The position numbers were made by a program, and so were the translations under genes. A stretch of DNA of 63,838 nucleotides, the filler included, from Choristocarpus tenellus KU-1152 (taxonomy: Eukaryota > Protista > Phaeophyceae): the NCBI GenBank assembly GCA_964200185.2. It is 11 parts of 11 records of this genome, joined end to end, with 100 filler letters (N's around TTAATTAATTAA, not from the genome) between each part and the next. Parts side by side here need not be neighbours in the genome. Positions count along the whole stretch, not along the records: positions 1 to 5,825 come from CAXNAD020009662.1; positions 5,926 to 9,440 come from CAXNAD020019515.1; positions 9,541 to 15,265 come from CAXNAD020009903.1; 8 more parts are not named here. One strand, given 5' to 3'. The notes below the pieces were generated by a model. That model was not told where the DNA came from and made no database searches. It worked only from the letters and a program-made list of their open reading frames with translations. Shown piece after piece: positions 1 to 12,099 of the stretch; the first letter of the stretch is position 1, and every line of letters begins with the position of its first letter.

Positions 1-866
1 GCTTCCACTTTATTCCCCTACCAGCAACGTACTGTACTGCTGTGGGGTCATGACTCAGGAAGAAAGGCATTTTTCGCGAGAAAATTTTACGCGCGTGCCA
101 AACTCACGTGAATATCTCCCCGAGTTTGTACCAAGTCGCCCGAATACGAGAATTCCGGTACAAAAGCCTATTTTTATTAGTATGTCGAAAAAAGCAGTAC
201 AAAATGGGTTTGGTACATAATATATGGTATAAAATCGGGGTAGGTACTGTATCGGGATTGGATTGCCTATTTGTAAAATGAATACGCGGTTTTGTAGGAA
301 TCTCGCGAAAAATAAGAAAAAATAGTGGACGTCAACATCAGGGGTTGGATTATTGGCCATTGGGGGGAGGTGGAGCGCGTATTTGACGTTTTAGAGGGTA
401 GAATATGGAGGTATGGAATAGTGTGTACGGTGGTCCGACAGCAGGATAAAGGGACGAGAAAATTCTAAGCCGCTTCAATTGCTGATGGGAGCTTTTGCCC
501 CCGTTTATTTCTTGGTGGAGGTGGAATATGCATGCGAGGGAAATGATGGTGGGACGACTATTGACGGCTGGATTTTTATCAGTTTAAATATGAACAAATA
601 TTGCGTGTGGTGGTGTAGTAGAGTGTGCCTTTGTTGACGATGGTGAACGTCTGCATATCGATGAGTGGGTCCGTGGCATTAGCGTTCATCCCTCTACCTA
701 TGTATAAATTTGTATTGATGTGTGCATATATCTTGTGGAATTAATCCTTACCCACCACATTGTGTTGAAATAAGGGGTATAAAAATGGATCATTGCTAGT
801 CATGAAAGAGCTGCGTAATAAAGTATGATGTGGAATCAGAACTTAATAGGAAGGTGTGACACTTGT

Positions 867-1116
867 GAGCCAAAGTATCTTAGAGGGTACAGCCCTGGGG
901 GCCAAAGTCCAATGTTGCAATTTTGATGTGATTTTGGCTATTGTGTGTGTTAAGAAGTGTCAATGTCGATGTTCTGGACACACCTTTTAATAACATGCAC
1001 ATTTTACCCACTCCGAAACATTTTGGAGAAGGAAAATGTGTTAAAAAGCCCATGGAAAGTCAAGCCCCAAATGGACAAACAGGGCAAAACTCGTACCCTC
1101 TAAGATACTTTCACTC
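867..1116 (+). mobile_element. MITE family A (Sola-like non-autonomous DNA transposon), complete copy
   Basis: TIRs GAGCCAAAGTATCTTAGAGGGTA / TACCCTCTAAGATACTTTCACTC. 4-bp TSD TTGT (863-866, 1117-1120). Multiple similar copies in the window. Confidence 0.9.
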
Positions 1117-2175
1117 TTGTAGGTGTTTCTATAAGTGATCGCAACTCGATTAATAGGGGGTAGGAGAGGGGAGGGCGGGACGTGTGGTAGTCGGATTTGC
1201 TAAGAACATGAACGAAGAAAAGGTTAAACATATCCAATAGTGGGAGGAAATTTGTATCCTTGTGCGTGGGTGGCCATCTTCAATCTAGGGTGTCTAAGTG
1301 TTGGTGGGGCTGAAGTGGTGGGCAAATTCAAACAGTCCTTGTGATAGAAGGGTGTTGAGGAATGTTGTGAGTAAGGACACGGCCAATAGAGTTTGGCAGA
1401 GTGTGTGTGTGTGTGCGAGCGGGTGTTCCTCTTAAGGCATTTATACAATGTACTTCTGTGTGTTTCTTGTTTGGGTAGGACTGAATTGTGCACATGTCGT
1501 TGTGCTAAGATGGGAGGGTGGGCAATGTTCGTGTTAGTGCTGGAAGGAGTGTGGACACTACGGGGTCAAAGGGTTCGATCCATGTGGGGTGGTGTTATGC
1601 GCACATGCTGTGACCTGCATGATTTGTGAGTAGTATAGTGTCCAGACATTCTCTACTGCTCATCTGGCGAATGTTGTGTAATCAAAACAGAGGAATATGG
1701 TTGAAGGTTTTTCCTGAATTGCACCTTGTCCATCTATATAAAGGCATGCCAACGACGAAATATATGGTCATGGGTGGATTTGAGGCCGTGTGTAGTGCGG
1801 GATCATGTTCAGATGTTGGAGAGAGGGTGGGTCGTTGTTTAGATTCCAACACTAGGATGTATGACTTTACGATGACGGCCTAAGGATGTTGGAGGAAGTC
1901 CTTGGGGAATGTGACGTTGTCCGACTCTATTGTGGTGTTTATGGTAGGTTAGGGTTAGACAAGAGGGAGAAGGAACGAAGAGTAGGGGTGTGGGACGTGG
2001 TCACTCGTTGTGTGCAGAGTGCTTGTATGCACATGCTGAAGACAAAACACAGTCTACATTCATGACAAATCTCAAAGGCACACCAATTTCATACGGCAGA
2101 TCGAAGAGTTGAATATTTCAGATCACGTGTGTGTTGGGATACAGGGTTGATGCGATTGGGGGTGACCAAGATTAA

Positions 2176-2620
2176 ATGAGCGACTGGTCGAATATTGACA
2201 AAGGGGAACTCTGCGACAGGGTGCACGTTGGTCAATATCCAATGCCAAAAGGTCTTTATGATCATGCTTTTGACAACGTTCCTAGAAGGGAACTTGCGAC
2301 TGGTTTGAGAGAGAGACGCATTGAAACAACATGGGTCAAATACATTCTACGCGATAAAGGGACGCTATACGGGGAGGAATCGGCGTAGAGTGAGAGTGTG
2401 AGCTAGGACATGTGATTCGAGAAGGGTTAGGTGGAGAGCCGTGACTACTGGGGTATACACTGCTCAGGTACTTGATGGTATGCACGTGTTCATACAAGCT
2501 ACGCGAGGGGGGTTGATTATGCAACATTCATCATGGGCGGTATCCGCCAAGAGTAGTGACGCGATTCATCTTCTATGTATGCCCATGAATGATCCGGACA
2601 GAGGGTTTATATTTCTTCTG
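2176..2620 (+). pseudogene. degenerate non-LTR (LINE) reverse transcriptase fragment
   Basis: RT-like motifs in the correct order across frameshifts: DHAFDNVPRRELATGLRERRI (cf. DxxKAFDxV), PVTTGVYTAQVL (cf. GVxQGxxLS), IHLL/MYAHE (cf. LYADD). Confidence 0.6.
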
Positions 2621-4562
2621 CTAAACTCAACTCTTGCTTCCCTTCAAAGGCATGGTGACGATCAGTGGTTAGCCCGCAACTCTCCTTGATAAAGTGATGA
2701 TGACTGGATGGGGTGGGCACAATGCAAACCGGACAGGGGAGACCGATAGATGGGGAGAGCACGCATTTTGTGCTTCGGGTTATGTCCAGAAGGCAAATGG
2801 TGGCAGTGAGGTCCGATCCTTCTGGAAGGAGGGTGCGCACCTGGTGTCCTTTCACGAAGCAAGTTTGGTTGTGTTGATTTCTTTCGATACGTTTGGTGTT
2901 CCGGGTTAGGTCCAGAGGGTGGGGATGGTGGCAGGCGGGTTCGGTCCTTCTGGAACGGCATACACCTTGTGTCCCTTCAGGAAGGAAGTCCAGGGGTGTT
3001 GATTTCTTCTGCTAGGGTCTGATAGCACATTGTATACGGCATACTACGACAAGAAGTATCCTCACAGATCCGTATCATACGAAACATTATACGACATACA
3101 TATATGTTGGTTGTTAGTTGTATAATAATACTTCTCCACAAGCAGATTGGAACGTTCCTATTCGTTGGAATTCGCACAGAACCTTTTCCGTGTCAATTCG
3201 CCCTTTATACATTATATCTGGCAATGAAAGTGAAGTCGGGAATAACATTCGATTCTAACCAATAAAGAGCTTTCATTTTATGCATGTAGACACGTAGCTT
3301 GTATTATTATGGAAGATATCATTTTTGTCTAGTTGATAAATAGAGGTTAGATGAAGAACAAGAAATATGAAGAACTAAACATTCGATAACATTATTTTCT
3401 TCTATTACCCCTCTTTTTTACTCCAAATATACAATGCGTAGCAGTGTAGAAGAAAAGTGTACCAGATATCATACTTGTGCTCTTGATTTATAGGGGGTAA
3501 GGCAGAACAAGTAAGATCAAGTACCAACCCTTCAAAAACATTGTTGTCTTCTTGTGTATAGGTATCTTCTACCATGAAAATCGTACAAGATATCATATTC
3601 GGATTTTGATTGATATAATATGGACACTAAGCAGGTCAGATTCCGAACGAACCCAGGAATAACTCGCTTATTATTGGCGCGTACAAGTGGCTTAGATTTC
3701 CACCATCGTGGAAGATATCCTGTCCGTGTTTCTTACAAATAGAAGTGAGACACAGAACCCAAATGTGGAGTTGAGAAACAAAATTCGCCACGGCATGTAA
3801 TCTGTTGTTCCGTCAACCTCGATGGAAATTCGAAACATACCTCCAACAGAACAAGCGAACCTCCATGTTGAATGATGTATCCCACAAAAAAAATGGCTTC
3901 ACTCAACCATTTATGACATTAGACGAACCGTCACATCAATTGCATCTCTTGATATACGCACATTGAAAAAACTTTGAAAATATAGATTTATCGTTCGCCA
4001 AACACACACCAGACCTCCCCTTTCCCCCATTCACTCACGCAAGGAGGTACCAAGCAAGCTCAACAAGAAAGTATTCCTCGTCGCTATCCATGAGGAGGGC
4101 GATAGCCATCGCACCTCACACGTGGGATAGTCACCCGACAGCCACTAGGGGACGTGAACAACATCGGGAATGAACTCGCAAACTCCACAGGCATATACCT
4201 GCAATACCCCAAAGGTATGTCCTGCCCAGCATCGCCATTAGACGTACGTCCATGTAGCCTAGGCCCTTCGTAAATATGGCAATGAATGAATAGTGATTCT
4301 GGAACGAACGGACCTTATTATCCCATTTCGTATGGTTCTCAACCCCTACTATTTGAATCTGAATTGTAAGCACGGGGCATTCACCAGTAACACCTCATGC
4401 ACCTCCTTCACAGCTGTTCACCAGTAACCCCTTCCTTCCAGAAGACAACGAAACCGGTTTATCAACAGCATTACTTCCAATATATCCGATCCGATAATCC
4501 CGATATTATCCTCACCCTAACTCTACTGAACCATCCGGGCAACACAACGTTTTAACAGCCCA

Positions 4563-4592
4563 TAACCCTAACCCTAACCCTAACCCTAACCC
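4563..4592. repeat. interstitial telomere-like repeat (TAACCC)5
   Basis: Read directly from the sequence. Confidence 0.9.
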
Positions 4593-5311
4593 TTATGTTA
4601 CCAACTTCATGAGAAGATCTGCTTTGGTCTTTCCCCATAAAGTAACCCAATCCCATATTTTGATGTCTACTGTCGTATAACACTAGACACCAATTTTAGC
4701 AAGTAAATCCCGAAATATGCTTCGGGGTACACTCCACTATACATTCATCAACCATAACCCAAGAATTCTACCATTTATGTTACAGCACGCTCCAAAGCTT
4801 ACCTCCACGGGATGTATAGCTCCAGTCTACAGACCTATAGATAGTGCTGATGCACGTACAGGACTCATGATGCACAAGCCGTCAAGTATGCTGGATCTCT
4901 CACACTTGGATTAATCCCTTCATAAGTATCAATATCATCTTATTATACACGGAACTGGCAACGATGTACCACCTGGGGGCATGATAATGACAAAATGAAA
5001 AATATATAGTCGAGAAGTACAAATATATAAAATCTTGGACCTCAAGGTCGTAATGGCGTTTATGAAACCGCCATCAAGACATATCGCCTGTAACATTTAC
5101 TCCCTAGTGCCAGTCGACACCCTGGATCAATTTACCTTGTCTTCTTTAATTTTGTCAAATGCTTTAAAAAAAATTGGATGTGGCTCTCACACCTTTGAAA
5201 TGCAATGCACACATTTTCAAGATAGGCAGTTCGAAATTGTTTCCGTTGTCGCAGTCTATGTGTTTCCAGCACAGAAATATTAACACGTTCAAGGCCACCT
5301 AACCCTGCATA

Positions 5312-5799
5312 TGTTACAGGCGAATGGCGCGAACTTTTCTTCTTGTATTTCAACCAAGTGCAAGCGTTTGTTACACGCGAATAGCGTGAGCATTTTCTTC
5401 TTATGTTTCAGGAAATACGAACATTTGAAACAGACGTAGAGTGTGAGGATTGTTTCTTGGGTTCTGACAAGTACGAACAATATACGATATTAGTAATACA
5501 TAGGTAGCCTTAAGATAAATGATTTTGATAGGAGACGCAGAGTAAGACTTGGAATTCGAACATAATCTTACAGAATAGGTGTCAATTTCAGGAAGTTACA
5601 GAGTAAAGATTCATGACTAAAGTATCCACTTAGCAGTTTGCAGACTTCATTTAACTCTTTGGCTGTAGAAAACTGGTGGATGATGCTAATAGAAAGCTGA
5701 TGCGAACCATCACACCCTCAGACCTTTTTGATTGAACCTCTTTTGGATAAAGCGAAAGCAAGACATCACCTGAGCTAAACATCAAGCTGACACCGAACG
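5312..5799 (+). mobile_element. LTR of an LTR retrotransposon (probable 5' LTR)
   Basis: Begins TGTTACAGGCGAA and is similar along its length to 34661-35165. Ends CTGACACCGAACG, followed by PBS-like TGGTTATCA just before the contig end. Confidence 0.7.
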
Positions 5800-5825
5800 T
5801 GGTTATCATCTGTGGACTCCCCTCG

Positions 5826-5925
5826 NNNNNNNNNNNNNNNNNNNNNNNNNNNNNNNNNNNNNNNNNNNNTTAATTAATTAANNNNNNNNNNNNNNNNNNN
5901 NNNNNNNNNNNNNNNNNNNNNNNNN
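5826..5925. other. artificial contig linker
   Basis: 44 N + TTAATTAATTAA (stops in all six frames) + 44 N. Confidence 0.98.
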
Positions 5926-6098
5926 GGGGGGGGGGGGGGGGGTGGGTGGGGGGGGGGCGTCCGTTTCGGTCAAACAACTTTTTTTTTGCCGACATTTCAA
6001 ATCCGACATGTATGTGCGACCAAATCACACCAAAAAAGTGAAAATCGAAAAAAGGGTGAAAAACGGACGCCGATACCCCCCCCCAGATACTTTGATCC
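5926..6098. mobile_element. MITE family C (same terminus as families A and B), truncated by contig start
   Basis: Ends CCCCCCCAGATACTTTGATCC. Internal sequence matches 27101-27181. Confidence 0.75.
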
Positions 6099-6757
6099 GT
6101 AACTAGTCTTAATGAATCTCCGAGTTTGTTGGTGTATGTTGCTGATATAATTGAAGTTAACATGATGAGATCAACAACCAACAGATAGATGTCTGGTCAG
6201 TGAATAATTGGTATTCAGTGCAACGGCTGTTAGTTAGTAGGAGGGAGGTAGGAAGAAAGGGGAAGGTAGGTGGGTGTAGTGGATAATTTTTCAAAGTAAG
6301 AGGGGAAATTAACAAAATGTAAAGCAACACACAACAAAACAAAAAACAAAAAGTAACAGTGCTAAACCGACTCTATCAGGGTGGACGAAAATTCAAGGAA
6401 GAGTCCTATGAATTTCTCACACACCTCTTGCCGATAATTTCTACGTATATATTCCTCTTGATATCACTTTTCGTACCTTTGATTTTTGTTGTTCCATAGA
6501 TTGAAGAATAACCTGCAATGAACAATCCTCGTCCTTCTTACTAGTATTTGCACTTTTACTACCCTAAACCTTTTCAAAGCTACAGAAAGTTCAAGAGATA
6601 TAGTCAAAAGGATTGGTGACGTCGATACAACTTATCTGGACTAGTGTCGGTGGAAGAGTAACCCCCCCGTGTTTGGGTTGATTGGGACTCCCGATTGCCA
6701 CAAGTGTGAAATATTAGAGATCGCTCTGTTCCGTAGAGGTGTTTTATCCTGGGTAAG

Positions 6758-7699
6758 ATGCCGGACGCTTTGAAAAAAAAACGTACACGGAGATGGCTCC
6801 CAATCTCAGCAAGGATGTCTGTGAGGACTTCATCGCCGTCACCTGGACCAACGCGGAATTCGTGGAGTGGGCCGTGGACAACAACACAACCCACACCAGA
6901 GGAACCGCTGCAAGACATTCGACAATTCGCCGAAATGTCGGACTATCGCTTCACAATATTCGCTGTGTTTCGGGGAGGGTGGTGCATGAGTTCTCAGCAG
7001 TGGCTGAGAGGTAAGGATACAACCCACTCTTAAATATATTGATGCGTTTACCTTGGAGATTATGGGGACGTAGGGGCCCTGCTTGGCACACGTTAGTACG
7101 TTTCACATCACAACAACGGAGAATCTTCTCATGTTTTGCTGTGATCATTTGGTAGTCACTTCCTATGAGTTCACTTCTCTGCATTGCACGGAGAGATGAG
7201 CACTTGTGCCCCTTCTCATGCCTGTTAACTCGGTATTGTTGATTTCTTTTCTACCCTTAGGCCTGCATCAGGTCTACGACGATATTGCAACGGCGGGAGG
7301 TCAGGTTGTCGCCATTTGCTCCCAAACCCAGACATTAGCAGATAACATGGGTCAAGATGCCGGCCTGCCTTTCAGAATGATTGGCGATCCCAACAATAGC
7401 TATGTTGGGCAGCTGAACGAGTTGTGAGTGTGCCAAAGGGTTAAGCGTTATTTGTAGAGACCTTGATAATGAAACCTTTCCCGGAACAGTGTGCCCAGTC
7501 ATCTACCTACTAGTCTCACCGCCTCTTTCCAAATGACTTTACCCCACCGTCCAGGTTTGACCTGGGTTGTGAAATCTGCGTAGATGAGGTGACATTGGAA
7601 GGGTATCCTAGAGGAATGGCGCAGTTCAGCTTTCTCGCCGTGAATGGGCAGGGGATGAATGGATTTGACGATGTCTTGTACAAGTGGAAAGCGTGGCAG
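6758..7699 (+). CDS. peroxiredoxin-like AhpC/TSA (thioredoxin-fold) protein, partial; exons 6758-7010, 7261-7423, 7555-7699
   Basis: Phase-consistent GT-AG splicing gives ...IFAVFRGGWCMSSQQWLRGLHQVYDDIATAGGQVVAICSQ...LPFRMIGDPNN...GYPRGMAQ..., matching the FxRGGWCxxC / vvaIS / lpFxxxsDp pattern of PRX-like proteins. The 3' exons were not resolved. Confidence 0.8.
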
Positions 7700-9440
7700 G
7701 TGATCGAGGAGCGAGAGTGGGGAAGAATTACAAAGCAATCGATGTCTTGCATGCGTTCATACGTGTGTGTTTAATGATGCGTACCTGAAATGAAGGAGAC
7801 AGACACCAAGTAAGCTTACGCCCCCTTGGACCCCCGTCTTGCACTCGTGCTCCTGCTCATGAACATTCAGGCTGTGGCATTGTTCAAGCACACGGTTGTA
7901 TGGAGCCAACTGAGAGCAATACTGAATGACGAAGAATTCTGATATGAATAGATTGTTCTCATGACACCCTAATAAACTCGTTTGAGTTTTTTTACTGTGC
8001 ACGTGACAGTGGGTGACAGAGCAGCTTGGGATGAATATCACACAATTGCACTTGTGAAAGGGGAGGGTGGGGGTTCTGCACAGGGTGGCCTAGCCTTCAA
8101 AGTGGATCTCTAGTTTCTTCCTTTTACAGGCAAGCATGCCTACCCCAACAGGAAAGGGATATATGAAAAGGATTTTAGGGTTGGGGGTAGGAGGAGAGCT
8201 TGATGAGCGCTTTATCTTCCCTTTCTTGTGAAAGAGGGAATAGGGTATTCAGGGTGCTCATTTGTGCTGAACTATGTTGCAGATGGTCATATGCATGCTT
8301 CATGTGTTTTGTTTCAAGCCTTGGTAGCAAATAAAACCTTTAAGTATTCGAAACAACGAATTTTCCCCCTTAAATTTCTAGTATTATGATCATTTTAGAT
8401 GACTTCAGTAAGAGGTATGTGTTTAGTAGCTTACGAACGCATTTCTGACGTAAGATTGCATTTTTTGGACTGTCCTCACTCCTCATAAAAACCTTTAAAA
8501 GGATGGCGCGTGCATCACTTGTACTTTTATCTGAGTGACAAGTCTACACGATAAAAGTTCACATGGTGGGATATTCTAAATATTAGTTGTTCGCCACTGT
8601 CATCACCCCAATTCTTGTATTTTTTTATTGTGCTTCGGTGATGTTTTTTGGCGTTTCTAGCGCTGTCTTTTGGCCCTGTTGTGTCCTTGTTTGTTTGCGA
8701 TTATGTGTGTGTACATGTGTAAAAGTTTGTCATGTCAAATGACTGAAGACAACACACGTATTTTTGATTGATATTTCGTGTTGATGTTTTCTCTGTCGTT
8801 GCATGGAGTGTATTTGCACACTTTTGTGTGTTGTGCAAGTTCCTGTTTTGTTTTAGGTATGCCCGGAGAATTGAAAGGCATCAAAAGCTCTACAGGTAGA
8901 CTGAGCTGCCTGTTGAGCATTTTGGGGATTGTCATTGTCTATATAGGTGCTGGTATTGCCCAGGGCTGTGGAGTTCTAGAAACCTATTGCATACCTTTAC
9001 TCTGGGTGCTGTGTGGGAGCCCTCTTCAAAAGATACTGACCACTAATGGAAGTAGGTCGATACATGCTGGTTATTACAATTCTTCAGAGGAAAATATTTT
9101 TCCTGTCAAGATCCTTCGTTTACTGCCATTAACATTAATTCTGTTGATGCCTTACCCTGTGTGAGGCTTTCATGGCATCGGTTCAGTTGTCTGATGCTCA
9201 GCAATTTGAATGACCTCAAAGAAGTCAAGGGTGAGCTTCCCTTGAAGGTGTTTTGGTTTGAGGAAGGGGAGAGTTGCTTTCAGATTTTCCTTTGCATGTT
9301 ACCGTTGGAAAACGACTCTTGAATGAGGGGATTCTCTATCACAAAGGGGGGGGGGGGGGGAAAGGAAAATTTTGTTGATGGACCCGAACATTGGGGGGGG
9401 GGGATTTGGGTAGCTAAAAAAAAAAGAAACACAATAAAAA

Positions 9441-9540
9441 NNNNNNNNNNNNNNNNNNNNNNNNNNNNNNNNNNNNNNNNNNNNTTAATTAATTAANNNN
9501 NNNNNNNNNNNNNNNNNNNNNNNNNNNNNNNNNNNNNNNN
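9441..9540. other. artificial contig linker
   Basis: 44 N + TTAATTAATTAA + 44 N. Confidence 0.98.
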
Positions 9541-10339
9541 GGAGAGGGGGGGGGGGAGTAGCGCTTGGGTGTTGGGGGAGAGGGGGGGGGGGGGGGGGGG
9601 GGGAGGGGGGGAGTTTTATGCTCCAGAGTCAGGTGGATTGGGTATACAGTAGTATCATTTTATGGGTTAGGGGAGCGGGGACACAAAAAACTGATAATAC
9701 ACCAAAATGTAAGCAGCACTTGCCTCTTTCCATGTTACCGACAATCATCATTCATCGTAGGGGTACACACGGCATCAGCCCCTCCTCAATACAAACCTGC
9801 AACACCGTGTCTTTTTACTCTCTTCTTACAATTCGGATATATTCCGAATCAATCCGAGACTTATTTCTTCAAAATTCAAACGACACGGGCATGTTGCCTC
9901 AAAACCAAGAACCTCTTTCCTGAGATTATTTATATTTTTATTTCAGGAGACTTCAATTCGATTCCATCGGCCACTCTCTCGCCGATGATGGTTCTCCATT
10001 CACAATCCCTCGTAGCTGCTGTACCAAAACCCTTTACAATCAGGGTCTCACATGTATACTTCTACGAGAAGGCTGTTTGTTCTACTCATGACATCAAAAA
10101 ATCAAAATACCAGTCAACACATTGTGTCTGTTACAGCATTATTATTGCTCTATCTGCTTTCCTCAAATCACTCAAATCACAAAAAGCAATTCGCCTGCGC
10201 TGCTAAAGACTTGAAAATATATATATATATATATATATATTAATATAAAAAAGATCAAACTACTCCCTAAGAAACTCAACACACAGGACAGAAACGAGTG
10301 TAGATTTATGACTGTCACTATGACGGTACGAACAGTTTC

Positions 10340-10544
10340 TACACAACAATAAAGTGACATTACACAACAATAAAGTGACGTTACACAACAATAAAGTGAC
10401 GTTACACAACAATAAAGTGACATTACACAACAATAAAGTGACGTTACACAACAATAAAGTGACGTTACACAACAATAAAGTGACATTACACAACAATAAA
10501 GTGACGTTACACAACAATAAAGTGACGTTACATAACAATAAAGT
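10340..10544. repeat. 21-bp minisatellite (TACACAACAATAAAGTGACRT) x ~9.8
   Basis: Near-perfect tandem units read directly. Confidence 0.95.
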
Positions 10545-10953
10545 CGTCAAGAGTTTGGTCAAAACACCCACGCACTGCTCACCAAGGTTTAAAGGACTCC
10601 CGGACAACAACAGCAAAACAAGGGGGGGCACTTCAAAGACACGCCTACACAGCAGATAGATAGTACACACACACACACACACACACATCAGATCTACACT
10701 TGATACTACAATAAAAAAATGAAGTTTCTTCAAGAGTGCGTAAAAAAGTGAAAAGTCTCAATGAACTTCCTGCTAGAAAAAAAAAACCTGCATACCTGAT
10801 GGAACCAATATCAATTATTCCCGATTTATTTTTATTTTCCTTTCATTTGCACTTGATACTCCGGGGCTACTGACAGATCCATCATCACCACAACACCACC
10901 AACAGAACTTGCCCGCGCATCCAACTCTGAGACAGATGTGAGCAGGCCGGGTC

Positions 10954-11142
10954 GGCTGAAAGTATCTGGGAGTATCTGGGAGGGGGGTAGTGGCTGTCCA
11001 TTTGGGGTCAATTTTTTCATGTCGCGTTTTTTGTGCGATTTGGTTGCATACGTCGGATGGACAATGTACATGCACCTTTCCTGATTTTGGTCAAATGGAC
11101 ACCCTGGTGTAGATCCCCCCCCCCCCCTAGATACTCTAGGTC
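10954..11142 (+). mobile_element. MITE family B, complete copy
   Basis: Termini GGCTGAAAGTATCTGGG / CCCTAGATACTCTAGGTC. 4-bp TSD GGTC (10950-10953, 11143-11146). Confidence 0.85.
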
Positions 11143-12099
11143 GGTCTTCTCTTACTCCCAGCAGAGGAAAGACCTCATCCTAGTAACATTCAAATCGTTA
11201 AAACTTCGGCTGGTGCTCTGGCATGGCAACAACAGACGCCCTTCAGTTGCGTCCAGCAAAATGCACAAAACCATCAAACCATAGTCCAAGCAAGTGCATA
11301 AATTACTACAATGGTCTTTTTACGTATATCGACTTCAAAACCGAACGGCTTGAAACACTCTCAACACATGAACGTGGGGTGGGGCCTCGCCAAGGTGGAG
11401 AGGTAGGGGATGCACCCGTGTGCGGTGTGGGACCTAAACCAACAGACACAACCTGCACATTACAACCAATCACACGCACCAACTACACGAATGCACACAG
11501 CCAGCAACCTACAACATACACACCCAATTCACACCGATACAACCTCCGTAAGTTGGCAACAGGGATGTAGCCAAAAAATGTACAGTACTATGTACATGGA
11601 AGGACTCGACAGTAACGCCGTACCATGCCATACCATACTGTAAAACAGTTAGGGGATGCCAACAACCAAAGGAGTCAAACAACCAAAGGAGTCAAACAAC
11701 CACACACACACACACACACACCTAAACGGGGGTTTTTTGCCAGAATGTCTCAATTGCGCATGTAATGAAAAAAAAACAATATGAAAGTTCTTTTTTTTTT
11801 CTTACTGATTTCACCATTTCTGGTTGTATTTTACTGTTTGGGTGAAAAAGGGGGGTGCGTAGGACATCGCCTGCGCAAAGACTTGGCAGGGTGTCTGGTT
11901 GGTGTCTTACTTGTCTTATGTTCCACTTAATGCATTACAAACAGGTTGGTTTTCGATCGGCATAGAGGCACTCCTACCACAGATCTTCACAGAAAGGTCC
12001 TCCGTGTTATGATCAGGCGTTTTACTACAACCAAGGCTGGGAGTGGAAAGTAGATCAAGGGGAGTGAGGGGGAATTTTGTAGGCATATATTGCTTTCAC

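Noticed and set aside
941-1138. Recurrent small ORFs ending QAPNGQTGQNSYPLRYFHS (also 22321, 49955, 62957)
   Set aside because: Translations of MITE family A DNA. Starts and frames are not conserved between copies.
400-1900. Possible minus-strand LINE ORF2 C-terminus
   Set aside because: Only vague resemblance (FTIVNKGTLYYTT), with many stops and no diagnostic motif.
4563-4592. True telomere
   Set aside because: Only five units and internal to a contig.
10172-10733. Repeat-protein ORFs (TLHNNKV / SLYCCVT / LLLCNVT)n
   Set aside because: They are a by-product of a 21-bp unit length. There is no splice or homology support.
11990-12038. Minus-strand ALVVVKRLIITRRTFL resembling the NMD3 VQVRQ...KRTFL segment as exon 4
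   Set aside because: Followed immediately by a stop, wrong phase, and lacking the intervening CxxC. Treated as coincidence.
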